Origin: an uncultured Acidobacteriota bacterium
Lineage (GTDB): Bacteria > Acidobacteriota > Thermoanaerobaculia > Gp7-AA8 > JAHWKK01
Length of the DNA stretch: 64,000 nt
Reading direction: 5' to 3'
NCBI GenBank assembly: GCA_963829355.1
Contig: CAWHHZ010000008.1
Location: 296,236-360,235, forward strand
Positions 1-10,197 of this stretch are shown in pieces; position 1 is the first letter of the stretch, and each line of letters begins with the position of its first letter. The position numbers were made by a program, and so were the translations under genes. The notes beneath the pieces were generated by a model that worked only from the letters and a program-made list of their open reading frames with translations, did not search any database and was not told where the DNA came from.

Positions 1-905
1 AACCGAGCTCTCACGCGAGGGAGTATTCCTCCCGTCGACACCAGCTCAGTCCACGGGCGAGCTCCGCGATGGAGCTTAAACAAATCCGGTGTATTCAGCA
101 GGAAGCCAAGGGAGAGTACTCCGGCAAACGACAGCGCCCACAGTAGCTTCTGCCACCACTGCATACGGATTCGAAGCGTCATGGCCGCCAGTGCCGGGAA
201 TCCAAAAAGAACAACCGCGGCGGCCACCTCCCATCTGACACCGGTGAGAATGAACACACATACAGACAAGGCTCCCGCCGAGAAGGCGAACGATCTGTGC
301 AGACCCACCGCCGGGGATCCGACCCTGCCGACTCTAGCGATACAGTACGCCGCAGCCACAATCAGAAAAAACGTCACCGCCTCCTTCATAGGCTGCGTCT
401 CCCACAGGACCAGGGTCGGGGAAAACGCGATCACGACCGCGGTGATCATAGTGCCGGAGGGCCCCACCTTCGAGACCGGACAGCGACTGGCCCATCTTTC
501 AATCAGGAGCGCGATCCCCAGATATGCGAACAGGTTGAGGAGAATGGCGCTCGAGACATAGGACCCGAGCAATTGAAAGGGGACGAGAAGCTGGAGATAG
601 GTTCCATACCGGAAACCGGACAGTGCGAGGAAGGTTCCGTACCCGTTCTCGTACGCACGCTGCGCCCACGCGACATACCCATCACCGTCGATCCCCCAGA
701 ACCAGTAGCCGTCGCCCACCTGCATGGCCCGGGCGATCGGCAGGTTGAACCAGGAGATCAGGAACAGACCCGCTCCTGCCAGAGCTCTCACCGCGAAGCC
801 GAGCGCCATGATTCTGCCCACGACTGATCCTCTGGCCAGGCGGAGACCGATCCGCAGAAGAAGAGCACCTGCAGCCAGAAAGGCCAGAATCTGAACGATC
901 AGCAC
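1..905 (-). CDS. GT-C-fold integral membrane protein (Wzy/ArnT-like), 3' end beyond window
   Basis: Not in the ORF track; translated by hand from GTG at 905: MLIVQILAFLAAGALLLRIG...GIDGDGYVAWA...FSPTLVLWETQPMKEAVTFF..., open to the window edge. Many hydrophobic segments, DG..Y in the first loop and a P..W....KE motif typical of GT-C/Wzy-like proteins. Start overlaps the stop of the upstream GT4. Confidence 0.7.
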   Translation of the reverse strand, partial: MLIVQILAFLAAGALLLRIGLRLARGSVVGRIMALGFAVRALAGAGLFLISWFNLPIARAMQVGDGYWFWGIDGDGYVAWAQRAYENGYGTFLALSGFRYGTYLQLLVPFQLLGSYVSSAILLNLFAYLGIALLIERWASRCPVSKVGPSGTMITAVVIAFSPTLVLWETQPMKEAVTFFLIVAAAYCIARVGRVGSPAVGLHRSFAFSAGALSVCVFILTGVRWEVAAAVVLFGFPALAAMTLRIRMQWWQKLLWALSFAGVLSLGFLLNTPDLFKLHRGARPWTELVSTGGILPRVRAR

Positions 906-2041
906 GATGACGTTACCTTGTCGTAAAGCTCCTGATGTCGCCGCACGGCCTTTTCGAGACTGTACCCTTTCACGATACGTGTGCGGGATGCTGCTCCGAG
1001 CTCCTCCCTTTGCAGTGGGGCGAGAGCCATGATCGATTCGATGCCCCGCGCCAACTGCTCCGGCACTGCGGGATCCACGACATGATCCTTCCGTCCGACG
1101 AGTGTCGCCGAATCACCGGAATCCGTGACGACGCACGGGACACCGCAGGCCATGGCCTCCGCGATGACGTTGGGGAAGCCCTCTCCCCAGGCGGATGACG
1201 AAACGATCACATCGCAGGAGGCGTAGAAGGGTCTTGGATCGTCGAATCGACTGAGGAGACGGACGCGGCTCTCGATCCCGAGCTCTGAGATCAATCGCAT
1301 CAATTCCTCATTGTCCTCATCCACGCCCGCGCCCGCGAGAAGAAACCTCGTGTCGGCGTGTCTGCCGGCAACGAGTGCCGCTGCGTGAAGAAATGTCTGA
1401 AAGTCCTTCTTCGGGTGATATCGCGCGGCGCGCCCGACGACGAACGTCTGCGGATCGAGCCCCTGGCCCGCGCGCATGGAAACTCGCATCTCCGGGGACG
1501 GTCGGAACCACTCAGTATCGATGCCGTTCGGGATCATCTGCCACTCGTCGACTCTGTATCCGTAGTCCCGGTAATACTCCAATCCTGCCTGAGAATTTGC
1601 GACGACGACCTGCGGCCGGCGCGACATCATCCTCGAGAGGCCGTAAACGAATCGTCGCATGATCGCGCCGGCACCCGGCCCCGGCCCTGATTCCCGGATC
1701 CCCCATATCAACGGCGTCGATCGGGCAGTCATGAGCGCTGCCATCACGTTCGAATGGACCATCCAGGAGTGGACGAGGTCAGGCCGGTACGTCCTCAGAA
1801 TCGTGTGGAGACGCCAAAGAGCAGCCAGATCGCTCGCACGCCCGTTCATATCGAGCGTACGCACGGCTGCTCTACCCTCGATCTCGCCGGCCACGACGCC
1901 ACGCCCCTTCATCGAAATCACCAGATGCTCAAAGCGCTTACGGTCGGTCGCTGCAATGAGCCGCGACAGAAAACGCTGCGCGCCGTCTGCATCGAGGCTC
2001 GTGATCAGATGCGCGACGCGAATCAGGCCCTGACTATCCAC
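899..2041 (-). CDS. GT4 glycosyltransferase (WbnK-like)
   Basis: HLITSLDADGAQR, IPNGID, ARYHPKKD, EGFPNVIAEAMACGVPCVVTDSGD (EX7E). Confidence 0.92.
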   Translation of the reverse strand: MDSQGLIRVAHLITSLDADGAQRFLSRLIAATDRKRFEHLVISMKGRGVVAGEIEGRAAVRTLDMNGRASDLAALWRLHTILRTYRPDLVHSWMVHSNVMAALMTARSTPLIWGIRESGPGPGAGAIMRRFVYGLSRMMSRRPQVVVANSQAGLEYYRDYGYRVDEWQMIPNGIDTEWFRPSPEMRVSMRAGQGLDPQTFVVGRAARYHPKKDFQTFLHAAALVAGRHADTRFLLAGAGVDEDNEELMRLISELGIESRVRLLSRFDDPRPFYASCDVIVSSSAWGEGFPNVIAEAMACGVPCVVTDSGDSATLVGRKDHVVDPAVPEQLARGIESIMALAPLQREELGAASRTRIVKGYSLEKAVRRHQELYDKVTSSC

Positions 2042-3275
2042 GTGATATGCCGAGCATCTCGTCGTAGATATGGAGCGTTCTCCCTTTGACGCTCTCGAGG
2101 CCGAACTCCTCCTCGGCCCGTCTTCGACTTGCCCGTCCCATCCGCTGACGCACTTCAGGTGAGTCGATCAGCGTCCTCAAGGCGTTCGCGAGCGCCGCAG
2201 GATCTCGTTCCCGAACCAGAAGCCCATTCGTGCCAGCATCCACCACGTCGCGACATCCTCTGACGTCGGTCGTGACAATCGCCAGACCAGCAGCCGCAGC
2301 CTCGATCAGGCTCTTCGGCACACCCTCACCGTAGAACGATGGCAGACAGGCGATCGAGCTCTGACGAAGTAGATCAGGGATGTCGTCGCGCCTGCCGAGA
2401 TACTCCACCACACCCTCCCGATGCCACTCCTCGAGTTGTCTCGTACTGACCGAGTCGCGACTTCCGGGGTCCGGCTGGCCCGCGAGAAGGAATCGTACAT
2501 TGCAATCGCGGAGGAGACGTGCCGCTTCGACAAAGACACCAACTCCCTTGCTCCAGAGCATTCTCGCGTGGAGAATGACAGAGACTTCGGCGCGCGGCGA
2601 AGGAGCAGGCGAGAACAGCTCGAGATCGACCCCCGCTCCTCCGATCAGTTCGACCTGGTTCGAGCGAACCCACCCCAGACCGATGAAGGACTGCTGATCA
2701 TCCTGATTCTGAAAGACGAACCGGGTCCGGGGATGGAGTGATGCGAGACGATAGCCTACAGACATCGCGCGGTGAACCAGCCACGAGCGCCACCACCGCG
2801 TGGCGTAACTTCCTCCGATCCCTGGAACGGCATTCACGACCGCCGGGACATGACATGCGAATGCCGCCAACGTGCCGTAGAGGACGGGCTTGACCGTGAC
2901 ATGATGAACGAGGTCAGGCCGGAGCCGGCGGTAGAGCCGGACCAGAGCTGCAACTGACCGGAGCTCGCGAAACAAGCCGAGACTCGATCGCTCGAGAGGA
3001 TAGCGATGCCACCGAATTTGATCGCTATACGCTTCCTGTACCGTGTCGGGCCCGTCAGGTGTTGCCACATGAACTTCATACCCCGCATCCGCAGCAGCCT
3101 GGGCCAGCGGAAGTCGATGACTTCTGAAATATTCGAACTGGTTCACAACGAAGAGCAGCTTCCTGCCGGCTCCGCTCCTCGATAGCTCCCCGCTTTCCGG
3201 TTCGACGCATGGCTCACTGTCGACGAACCCTGTCCGCGCCTCCGTCAACCTGAGGTTCGACGCACCCACGATCAT
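2034..3275 (-). CDS. GT4 glycosyltransferase (CapM-like)
   Basis: FRSHRLPLA, HHVTVKPVLYG, FQNQDD, ARMLWSKGV, EGVPKSLIEAAA. The true start may be somewhat downstream. Confidence 0.92.
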   Translation of the reverse strand: MIVGASNLRLTEARTGFVDSEPCVEPESGELSRSGAGRKLLFVVNQFEYFRSHRLPLAQAAADAGYEVHVATPDGPDTVQEAYSDQIRWHRYPLERSSLGLFRELRSVAALVRLYRRLRPDLVHHVTVKPVLYGTLAAFACHVPAVVNAVPGIGGSYATRWWRSWLVHRAMSVGYRLASLHPRTRFVFQNQDDQQSFIGLGWVRSNQVELIGGAGVDLELFSPAPSPRAEVSVILHARMLWSKGVGVFVEAARLLRDCNVRFLLAGQPDPGSRDSVSTRQLEEWHREGVVEYLGRRDDIPDLLRQSSIACLPSFYGEGVPKSLIEAAAAGLAIVTTDVRGCRDVVDAGTNGLLVRERDPAALANALRTLIDSPEVRQRMGRASRRRAEEEFGLESVKGRTLHIYDEMLGISRG

Positions 3276-3306
3276 CTACCTCCTGCCGCCTTCCTGACTC
3301 TCCTGA

Positions 3307-3765
3307 TTAATCGATCTCTGCTGGTAGCGCAGGACCGGGAACACCACGGATAAGTGTAGGGGAGAAACGGTTCGCTTTCATGAGGAGATTCTTCGACCGG
3401 TCCAGGTCTCCCGCTCTCCACTGGTACAGAGCGGCCTCCACGATCACCTCCGGCAACACACGCTGGTCGAGGGCCTCCTCATATTTTCTCCGGGCTCTTT
3501 CCGGGGCCTCCAGAGCCACCCACCCTCGCGCCTCCAGAACATCGAGGAGTCCTCTGATGTAAGGATCCATCGGCGGCAGAGACTCCAGGGTCTCAACAGT
3601 CTCCCGGCGCTCCGCGGCCGACCGCTGTCCCTCGTCCATTCTGATCTCCGCCCACTTCGCCACCAGGTTCCCCTGTCGCTGATTCAGTACGATCTGCTCC
3701 CAGAGCAGAAGTGCAAGGAAAGCGATTCCCAGCGTCAGCGCCGACTTGATGAACTTACCTCGCAT
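3307..3765 (-). CDS. Small membrane-anchored TPR-like helical protein (partner 1 of O-antigen ligase-like gene)
   Basis: ATG at 3765 (MRGKFIKSALTLGIAFLALLLW) overlaps the ligase stop by 11 nt. N-terminal TM, then DPY...ARG...A...YEEAL...G....A....P TPR-like pattern. Confidence 0.6.
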   Translation of the reverse strand: MRGKFIKSALTLGIAFLALLLWEQIVLNQRQGNLVAKWAEIRMDEGQRSAAERRETVETLESLPPMDPYIRGLLDVLEARGWVALEAPERARRKYEEALDQRVLPEVIVEAALYQWRAGDLDRSKNLLMKANRFSPTLIRGVPGPALPAEID

Positions 3766-5062
3766 CGCTACCCCATCCGATGAGAATCGCGATCGTGCCG
3801 TACACACCCGCCAGTTGCATCGGAAACAGGATCAGCGCGGCAAGCGCAGAACTGATCAGCGCCAGAAGAACCGCCATCGCCGGCGTCCGCCCTTCGCCTT
3901 TCAACACTCTGCGAAGCGACGAGCCTCCGATCACCGCCATCAGAGCCAGTGCAGCCGCAAGTACCACGAGCCCAGCCTCGGCCGCCGTCTCCAGGTAGTC
4001 GTTGTGAACCATATCGAAGAGTTGGGCCTCACCACGATCAACGATCCCGGGGTATCGTTCCCTGACCTCGATCGATCTCTCCACATACTCGATCGGAAAA
4101 CGACCGGGGCCGATTCCGATCAGGGGCCGCTCGGCTGCAGCAGTCGCGGCGACCAGGTACGGCCCGACCCTGGATCCCGAGGCGGATCCCCACTGCCCTG
4201 CCTCCAGCTTCGATGCATAGTAGGCGATGCGCCGCGAGACGTCTCTCTGAGAGAGGAGGATTCCGACACCGAGGGCGGGCAACAAAAGCAGCACGAGGAC
4301 CCGGACGGCGACAGCTCTCCGGCTGAGGGTCATGTACATGGCAGCCGCGACCCAGCAGATTGCGGTCGCAGCCACGATCGCGGTGATCGTGGTCGTGACG
4401 ACTATGCTCGCCCCCAGGATCACAGCCGTGCCGCCACCAGCGAGCCGCAACCATCGACGATCGCTGAACAGCAGGGCAACAGAAACCGAGAATGGGATGA
4501 GCAGGTAGAGACTCGAGTCGTTTCGATTCCCGGATAGTGCGGATTTCCTCAGCATCTCCGCGTCTTCGTAGTCCGCCAGTTCCTCAACCCGGACCAGCGG
4601 GGTCCAGATGCCGGCATCTTCAACGAAGAGTACTCCCGCATTGATCAGACCCGGAAGGAGAAAGACCAGCAGTAGACGTTCGTCACGAAAGTAGCGGGCA
4701 CAATCGCGCGCGGCGAACAGGAGCGCGAATCCGGCAGCGACGTCCAGCCAGGCCCACCACGATACATCCGGCTGCGGGGAGAGGGCCGCCGAGAGGGCCG
4801 TCCATCCAACGATCACGAGGCCCAGGACCAGAATCCAGTCTCTCGAGAACATCCCGAGAGTTGGTCTCTTCGGATACCAGATCTGCGCAGCAAGGTAGAT
4901 CGTAATCAGCAGGAGTGCTGCAGAACGAACGACGAGCACTTTCGGGAACCGCCAGGCATCCCAGCCATACGGGTCGATCGTGATGGGAAGAATGATCACG
5001 GTCAGACCGAGGACGAGGCCAGCCAGGCGGTGCTGCCACTGTTTGAACGATTCTTCGGACAT
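3755..5062 (-). CDS. O-antigen ligase / O-oligosaccharyltransferase family (Wzy_C), paralog 1
   Basis: About 12 TM segments, SGNRND, RPLIGIGPGRF, FDMVHNDYLETAAEAG (WaaL/PglL His motif). Confidence 0.85.
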   Translation of the reverse strand: MSEESFKQWQHRLAGLVLGLTVIILPITIDPYGWDAWRFPKVLVVRSAALLLITIYLAAQIWYPKRPTLGMFSRDWILVLGLVIVGWTALSAALSPQPDVSWWAWLDVAAGFALLFAARDCARYFRDERLLLVFLLPGLINAGVLFVEDAGIWTPLVRVEELADYEDAEMLRKSALSGNRNDSSLYLLIPFSVSVALLFSDRRWLRLAGGGTAVILGASIVVTTTITAIVAATAICWVAAAMYMTLSRRAVAVRVLVLLLLPALGVGILLSQRDVSRRIAYYASKLEAGQWGSASGSRVGPYLVAATAAAERPLIGIGPGRFPIEYVERSIEVRERYPGIVDRGEAQLFDMVHNDYLETAAEAGLVVLAAALALMAVIGGSSLRRVLKGEGRTPAMAVLLALISSALAALILFPMQLAGVYGTIAILIGWGSDAR

Positions 5063-5186
5063 GTGGACGATCTGGTCGAGAGGATAGCGGGAACCGGAGT
5101 GGAAGTGAATCCCGTGAAACGCGGCAGCAGTCGCAGCGGGCGTCTACGAGCGACCTGGACGAAGATTGCTCGTGGGCGTTCGCCTC

Positions 5187-6056
5187 TCAAAGCACTGCAT
5201 CGGGTGTCAGCAACCAGTAGTCGGGAGGTTTCCCTGCATAGGAGAGCAACTCGAGACTGTCTTCGCGCACCTTGCCGAGCGCCCACTCAGCCGTCTGTCG
5301 ATCCCATACGGCTTCGGGAGCCGGTCGGCGCCACAGCCGTCGAAGACCTCCACGCATTCCGAAAGGCACGAGATGATGAACATTCAACCGCGCCAGCAGC
5401 GGCAGAAGAATTCGAACAACGTGATGACGGGGAGCACCCTTGTCCACGGTACGGTTGATCGCTTCGACACGCCGGTGATCCGGCCGCTTCTGCGGATCGA
5501 CTCCGAGAAAAGCGTCACAGCGATGCAGCATGTCGACGGGTGACCGCTTCAGGTCCTCGAGGAAGAGCACCAGGATCTGCTCGTCGCTGAAGTAGCGCCG
5601 GAAGGCGTTGAGATTGCGCGAGTAAAGCGTCGCGTCGACGATGCCGCTATGAGTTCTGACGGCCTCGGAAAAGGAATCCGGGAGCGGCCATCCCTTCGCG
5701 AGATTAAAGCGCCATGCAGACTCGAGCCGTTTGAGGGGATGACGCACGATGTAGAGGAGGCGAGCGTCCGGCAGAGCACGGGCAATCCTCTCCGGCGCCG
5801 ACGGATTACGCGCGATCACCGAATACTGCACACTTGCCTCACCTACCGCGAGATGATCCCGTCCCGGTTCGAAAAGAGACAGGTACCATGACCAGTCCCC
5901 ATAGTGTTCGTTCCGCTCGCAGAAGTACATCGGCTCCTTCAGAGAGGGCATGAACACGTCGGGGTGCTGTCGCAGGTAGTACCAGAGCGTCGTCGAACCG
6001 CACTTCGGGACTCCGAACAGGAGGAAGTCGGGCGATCTTCGAGAACCAGTGCTCAC
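5187..6056 (-). CDS. Sulfotransferase
   Basis: 5'-PSB GVPKCGSTTL, KEPMYF, GEASVQY, 3'-PB VRHPLKRLES. Confidence 0.9.
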   Translation of the reverse strand: MSTGSRRSPDFLLFGVPKCGSTTLWYYLRQHPDVFMPSLKEPMYFCERNEHYGDWSWYLSLFEPGRDHLAVGEASVQYSVIARNPSAPERIARALPDARLLYIVRHPLKRLESAWRFNLAKGWPLPDSFSEAVRTHSGIVDATLYSRNLNAFRRYFSDEQILVLFLEDLKRSPVDMLHRCDAFLGVDPQKRPDHRRVEAINRTVDKGAPRHHVVRILLPLLARLNVHHLVPFGMRGGLRRLWRRPAPEAVWDRQTAEWALGKVREDSLELLSYAGKPPDYWLLTPDAVL

Positions 6057-7012
6057 CTGCTCTGCTCCATCAGACGCTTGAGCTTTCTCATGACCGGCAG
6101 AATTCCGGCGATCCGGAGTAGCTGCAGGTTCACGACCAGAATAGTGCGCCTGTCGATGCCGGAACGAAGAAGCCTCAGGACGTATCGAAGCGATTCCCGG
6201 CGCGAGGCGTGGCTGAGAAAGTAGGGAGAAGCATAGAGCGATTCGAAGCAGTCGACCCCGACGTCCTCCCGAGCGACTATCCCCTCAACGTACTCGTTCA
6301 GTACTTCGTAGTGCCGCCGCGTTCGCGGATCGTCAAGACGGCGGTAGAAACGATTTTCGCCATGAATACGATAGGCGCCGAGGCTCTGGCTGATCCCGAC
6401 AACGTCTCCCACCAGGTGAGCTCCGTTGAAGACGAAGACATCCGAGCAGACTCGCACACCACTCGCTGGCAGCGGGAAGATCCTGCCGGCAACCGCTCTC
6501 GTGATCGAGATCGCGGAGCTCGGAATCGGCCTGCTGGAGAACCATCCATTCTCAGACAGTTCCCGGATGGCAGCGGCGCGCGTCGAGGTTCGCAGCGAGA
6601 TGGTTCGTCCTCCGGTTGCCGTGCCGTCTCCCGTCACGTGATCCATTCTGTGACCGATCATCAGACGGGGCTCGTCTCCCGCCCCCCGCGCGCTCAGCTC
6701 TTCGACGACCGCTGCAACTTTCCCGGGATAGAAGGAATCATCGGCATCGAGAAAACAGAGGATGTCGCCACGACTCTCCTCGACGCCCCTGTTCATCGCC
6801 GAAGCCTGCCCCTGGTTGCTCTGGAAGATCGGTCGGATCCGCGAGCCGTAGGAACGAATGAGGTCGTGAGATTCGTCGGTCGATCCATCATCGACGACGA
6901 TCACCTCTGTATCCGCATAGCTCTGGGCAAGCGCACTGTCGATCGAATCGCTCAGAAACCTCGCGTAGTTGTAGTTGTTGATCAGAATCGAAACGAGAGG
7001 CTGGGATGGCAT
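6053..7012 (-). CDS. GT2 glycosyltransferase
   Basis: MPSQPLVSILINNYNY, VVDDGSTD, FLDADD. Start moved to ATG 7012. Confidence 0.9.
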   Translation of the reverse strand: MPSQPLVSILINNYNYARFLSDSIDSALAQSYADTEVIVVDDGSTDESHDLIRSYGSRIRPIFQSNQGQASAMNRGVEESRGDILCFLDADDSFYPGKVAAVVEELSARGAGDEPRLMIGHRMDHVTGDGTATGGRTISLRTSTRAAAIRELSENGWFSSRPIPSSAISITRAVAGRIFPLPASGVRVCSDVFVFNGAHLVGDVVGISQSLGAYRIHGENRFYRRLDDPRTRRHYEVLNEYVEGIVAREDVGVDCFESLYASPYFLSHASRRESLRYVLRLLRSGIDRRTILVVNLQLLRIAGILPVMRKLKRLMEQSR

Positions 7013-7091
7013 CGGGCGTAATAGTAACGCGGAAGGATCTGGCCCATGCGCAGCCGGGGACGAAACTGTCCCGCTGATCTGCCGGCTGATT

Positions 7092-7976
7092 TCAGGACCT
7101 CTCACCAAAACTCGCCGTGAAGAAATCGCGTGCTCCCCGTATCGTCGCCCCAGCACCGGGCCGCCGGAGGATCACTCTCCTGACGAGGCGGGCCACGTAC
7201 CGGAGCAGACTCACCATGAAGGCGCCGCGACTCCCGTGCTTACGGAGAAACAGCAGATGGTTCCTCGTCATGTAGTAAGCCCGGGCCGGGGAGTCGGCAC
7301 CACCGAGGGAGCGCGATACGTGATGAAGAACCCGGGAGCGTGGCTCGATGACCACTCTGTAGCCAGCCTCGCGGGCGGCAACACAGAAGTCGATATCCTC
7401 GAAGTAGATGAAGTAATCGTCGTCGAAGCGCCCGATGCGATCAGTCACGGCTGCACGTACCATCAGAAGACATCCCGGCACCCAGTCGACCGGGAAGGGC
7501 TCCCGCGCGACTTCGGCCGGATCGACTCCATAATGGAGCGATGGCGTATAACCATCGCCTCGTATCACACCTCCCGCAGCCCACACCGTCTGCGGCGGCT
7601 CCGCGTGAAGAATGACGCCACCGCAGATCGCCACCTCCGTTTCGCCATCCATCAGTTCGACCAGTGGCGTGAGGAAGTCGGGCATGACCTCTGTGTCATT
7701 GTCGAGAAAGAGAACGTACGTGAAGTCTCGAGCGGTGGCCCACTCCAGACCCGCATTCCGTCCTCCAGAGCATCCACGATTCACATCGAGATCGACGACA
7801 TGGACCTCCGGGAAACGTTCGCGAACCACATCGACGGAGCCATCGGCGGAGCCGTTGTCGACGACTACGATCGAGGCTCTGCCGAGCTCCGCCCGTCTGA
7901 GCGACTCGAGGCAACGAACGGTATCGTCGCGCTGATTCCAGTTGAGGAGGACGATCGCAGTCGACGATTCAGTCAT
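7092..7976 (-). CDS. GT2 glycosyltransferase (rhamnosyltransferase-like)
   Basis: IVLLNWN, VVDNGSAD, FLDNDT, GCLLM, YFEDIDFC, YYMTRNH. ATGA overlap with the upstream GT2. Confidence 0.9.
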   Translation of the reverse strand: MTESSTAIVLLNWNQRDDTVRCLESLRRAELGRASIVVVDNGSADGSVDVVRERFPEVHVVDLDVNRGCSGGRNAGLEWATARDFTYVLFLDNDTEVMPDFLTPLVELMDGETEVAICGGVILHAEPPQTVWAAGGVIRGDGYTPSLHYGVDPAEVAREPFPVDWVPGCLLMVRAAVTDRIGRFDDDYFIYFEDIDFCVAAREAGYRVVIEPRSRVLHHVSRSLGGADSPARAYYMTRNHLLFLRKHGSRGAFMVSLLRYVARLVRRVILRRPGAGATIRGARDFFTASFGERS

Positions 7977-8965
7977 GACGCGGGAGGCACCGATCGGGAC
8001 CGCCTCCCGATTGGCCATCCGAGCGGAGTCCGGGCGGCGAGACGAGCCAGCAAACCGTAGATGCGGACTCCCCTTTCGAGCCCGAACAGACGGAACAGAA
8101 TCCAGGACTTCTGCGACCGTGGCGGCCGGAAATCGGGCTTCAGCGCGAGTATCCATCGAGCGACCTGAGCAGCGGTGTCAGGGAAGGCGTAGGCTGCATT
8201 GCGCAACTGCCGATAGTACAAACGCGCAAGCTTCTCGCGGCGAGCGTCGGTGAGCTCTCCCCTCTCCCGGACCACTTCATCCATCATCCTGATGACACCC
8301 GGCTGCTCGGCTGTTATGTCAGTTTTCCCCCAGCTATTCTGACAGCGTTCCTCCGTGTGATGGCACCACACGTACGAGTCCAGGTCCAGAGAGACCACCG
8401 ACTCTGCGTGAAGCGCAACACGGGAAAAATACTCCCAGTCGACGAGCAGCTTCATCCTCCGCGAGCGATGCTTCCTGGCCAGATCGCCCCGATAGAGTGC
8501 CGCTGAGTTGACGACCGTCTTGTGGTCCAGAATTGCGTCGACGATCGGGTCGAATGTCGGAACCGGGCGGCGTTTCGTGATCGTGATCTCATCTCCCACA
8601 CGATCTGCCTCGAGCATCGAGGTCACGACGATGTCGGCACCCGTCGCATCACCGAGACGCACTTCCTCCTCGAGCGTTCCGTCGAGGAGAATATCGTCGG
8701 AGTCCAGGTACTTGACCCATCGGCCAGTGGCCCGGGCGAGACCCTCGTTTCTTGCCCCGGAGTTCCCGACATTCGTGTCGAGCCGAACCAGCTTTATCCA
8801 GTCATGGTCCGGCAGCGAAAGAGGGGGATCGGAGCCATCATCGACCACGATGTACTCGACACTGAGGGAGCTGGAACGCTGCCTCGCGACTGAGTCCACC
8901 GCGGTCTCCAGCATTCGCTGGCGCCCCTTCGAAGGGGTAATGATCGTGACGTCTGGATCAGACAC
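7973..8965 (-). CDS. GT2 glycosyltransferase
   Basis: VTIITP, VVDDGSD, ARNEGL, YLDSDD. Confidence 0.9.
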   Translation of the reverse strand: MSDPDVTIITPSKGRQRMLETAVDSVARQRSSSLSVEYIVVDDGSDPPLSLPDHDWIKLVRLDTNVGNSGARNEGLARATGRWVKYLDSDDILLDGTLEEEVRLGDATGADIVVTSMLEADRVGDEITITKRRPVPTFDPIVDAILDHKTVVNSAALYRGDLARKHRSRRMKLLVDWEYFSRVALHAESVVSLDLDSYVWCHHTEERCQNSWGKTDITAEQPGVIRMMDEVVRERGELTDARREKLARLYYRQLRNAAYAFPDTAAQVARWILALKPDFRPPRSQKSWILFRLFGLERGVRIYGLLARLAARTPLGWPIGRRSRSVPPAS

Positions 8966-9020
8966 GGAGCGGATGGTACCGCAAAGAAAACGTGTCGCTG
9001 AAGTCTTTCCGGGACTCCCT

Positions 9021-10184
9021 CTAATGGAGCCGGCAGAAGCTGCTGAGAAGCGAGTCGAGGATCCCGGCGAATGCCGGTATGGCGTTCAGTTCATAACGCT
9101 GCGCAACCCTTTCGGCAGCGGTGCGGCCCATCTGCTCCCAGTCGTTCCTTCGCTCCCACGCACGTTCCATCGCGTCTTCAAACGATTGCGCTGTCGGTGC
9201 GGAGGCGAGAAATCCGGTCACGCCGTCGTCCACGAGCTCAGGATTGATACCGCAAGCCGTGACAATCGGAATTCTGCCGCAGAGCATCGCTTCGACCGTC
9301 ACCATCGGCATTCCCTCGTAACGCGAGGAAAGGATGAAGCCATGGTGACGAGCCCAGATCGAGCGCCGGTCCATTCATACCCCGCCAACTCGGCCCTTCC
9401 CTGGAGTCCGTGAAGGCGGATGAGTCCTTCGATCTGTTCCCGGCTTCCCTGGTCTTCTCCAAAGAACCGCACGATGAGGTTCCTCTTTCTCCAGCGTTCG
9501 CCGCTCGAGGACCCTCAAAAGAATATCCTGACCTTTCGAGCGGAAATGAAGTCGTCCGACACACGCCAGCGCCCATCCTCCGTCCTCGCCCGGCCAGGGA
9601 GGGAGCTCGTCGTAGGAAAGAAGAACCGGATTCGCAATCACCTGAGCGTTCTTCAGGCGGACGCAGATGTTCTCTTCGATGATCTCCCGGTTTTCGTTCG
9701 ACACGAAGAAAAGACGCTCCGCGCCCTCGAATGACGCCCTGAAGCGTCCGACCCACGATCCCTCGAACCACTCCGACCACGACGCCGCGTGGAGAACCAC
9801 CGCGTATGGGATCGACAGGCGCTGACACGCCTCGGCTGCGTAGACCGTCTCCTTGTCCTTGTGGTAGCCGCTCGAGATCAGAACGAAATCGGGTTTCTGC
9901 CCCCTCAGCCAGTGTTCGGCGGGAGAGCGGGGTACGCCGTAGCGCCTGCTGAGGATGCCGCGCAGCTTTGCCGGAATCGAGCGGCTCCTGAGCGCGATCC
10001 CGACCCCGGCCGCGTCGAGCTCCCGCAGCTGAGGTGCGGTATCGGTCCAGTACTTGTAGTTCAGCGCTACCTGATGCCCCCGGCTCTGGAGAAGTGGAAC
10101 GGTCTTGCTCCATAAAAGCTCGCTGCCGCCCCACGGTAGCCCGTCCATCGTCGAATAGATCCCCAACTTCATCTCGTTTCCCAC
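9021..10184 (-). CDS. GT4 glycosyltransferase, frameshifted (~9350-9500; probable sequencing indels)
   Basis: N-part PWGGSELLW...CVGRLHFRSKGQD (9375-10184) and C-part SRYEGMPMVTVEAMLCG (9021-9374) lie in different frames. Confidence 0.85.
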
Positions 10185-10197
10185 ATCCTCGCGTGCA

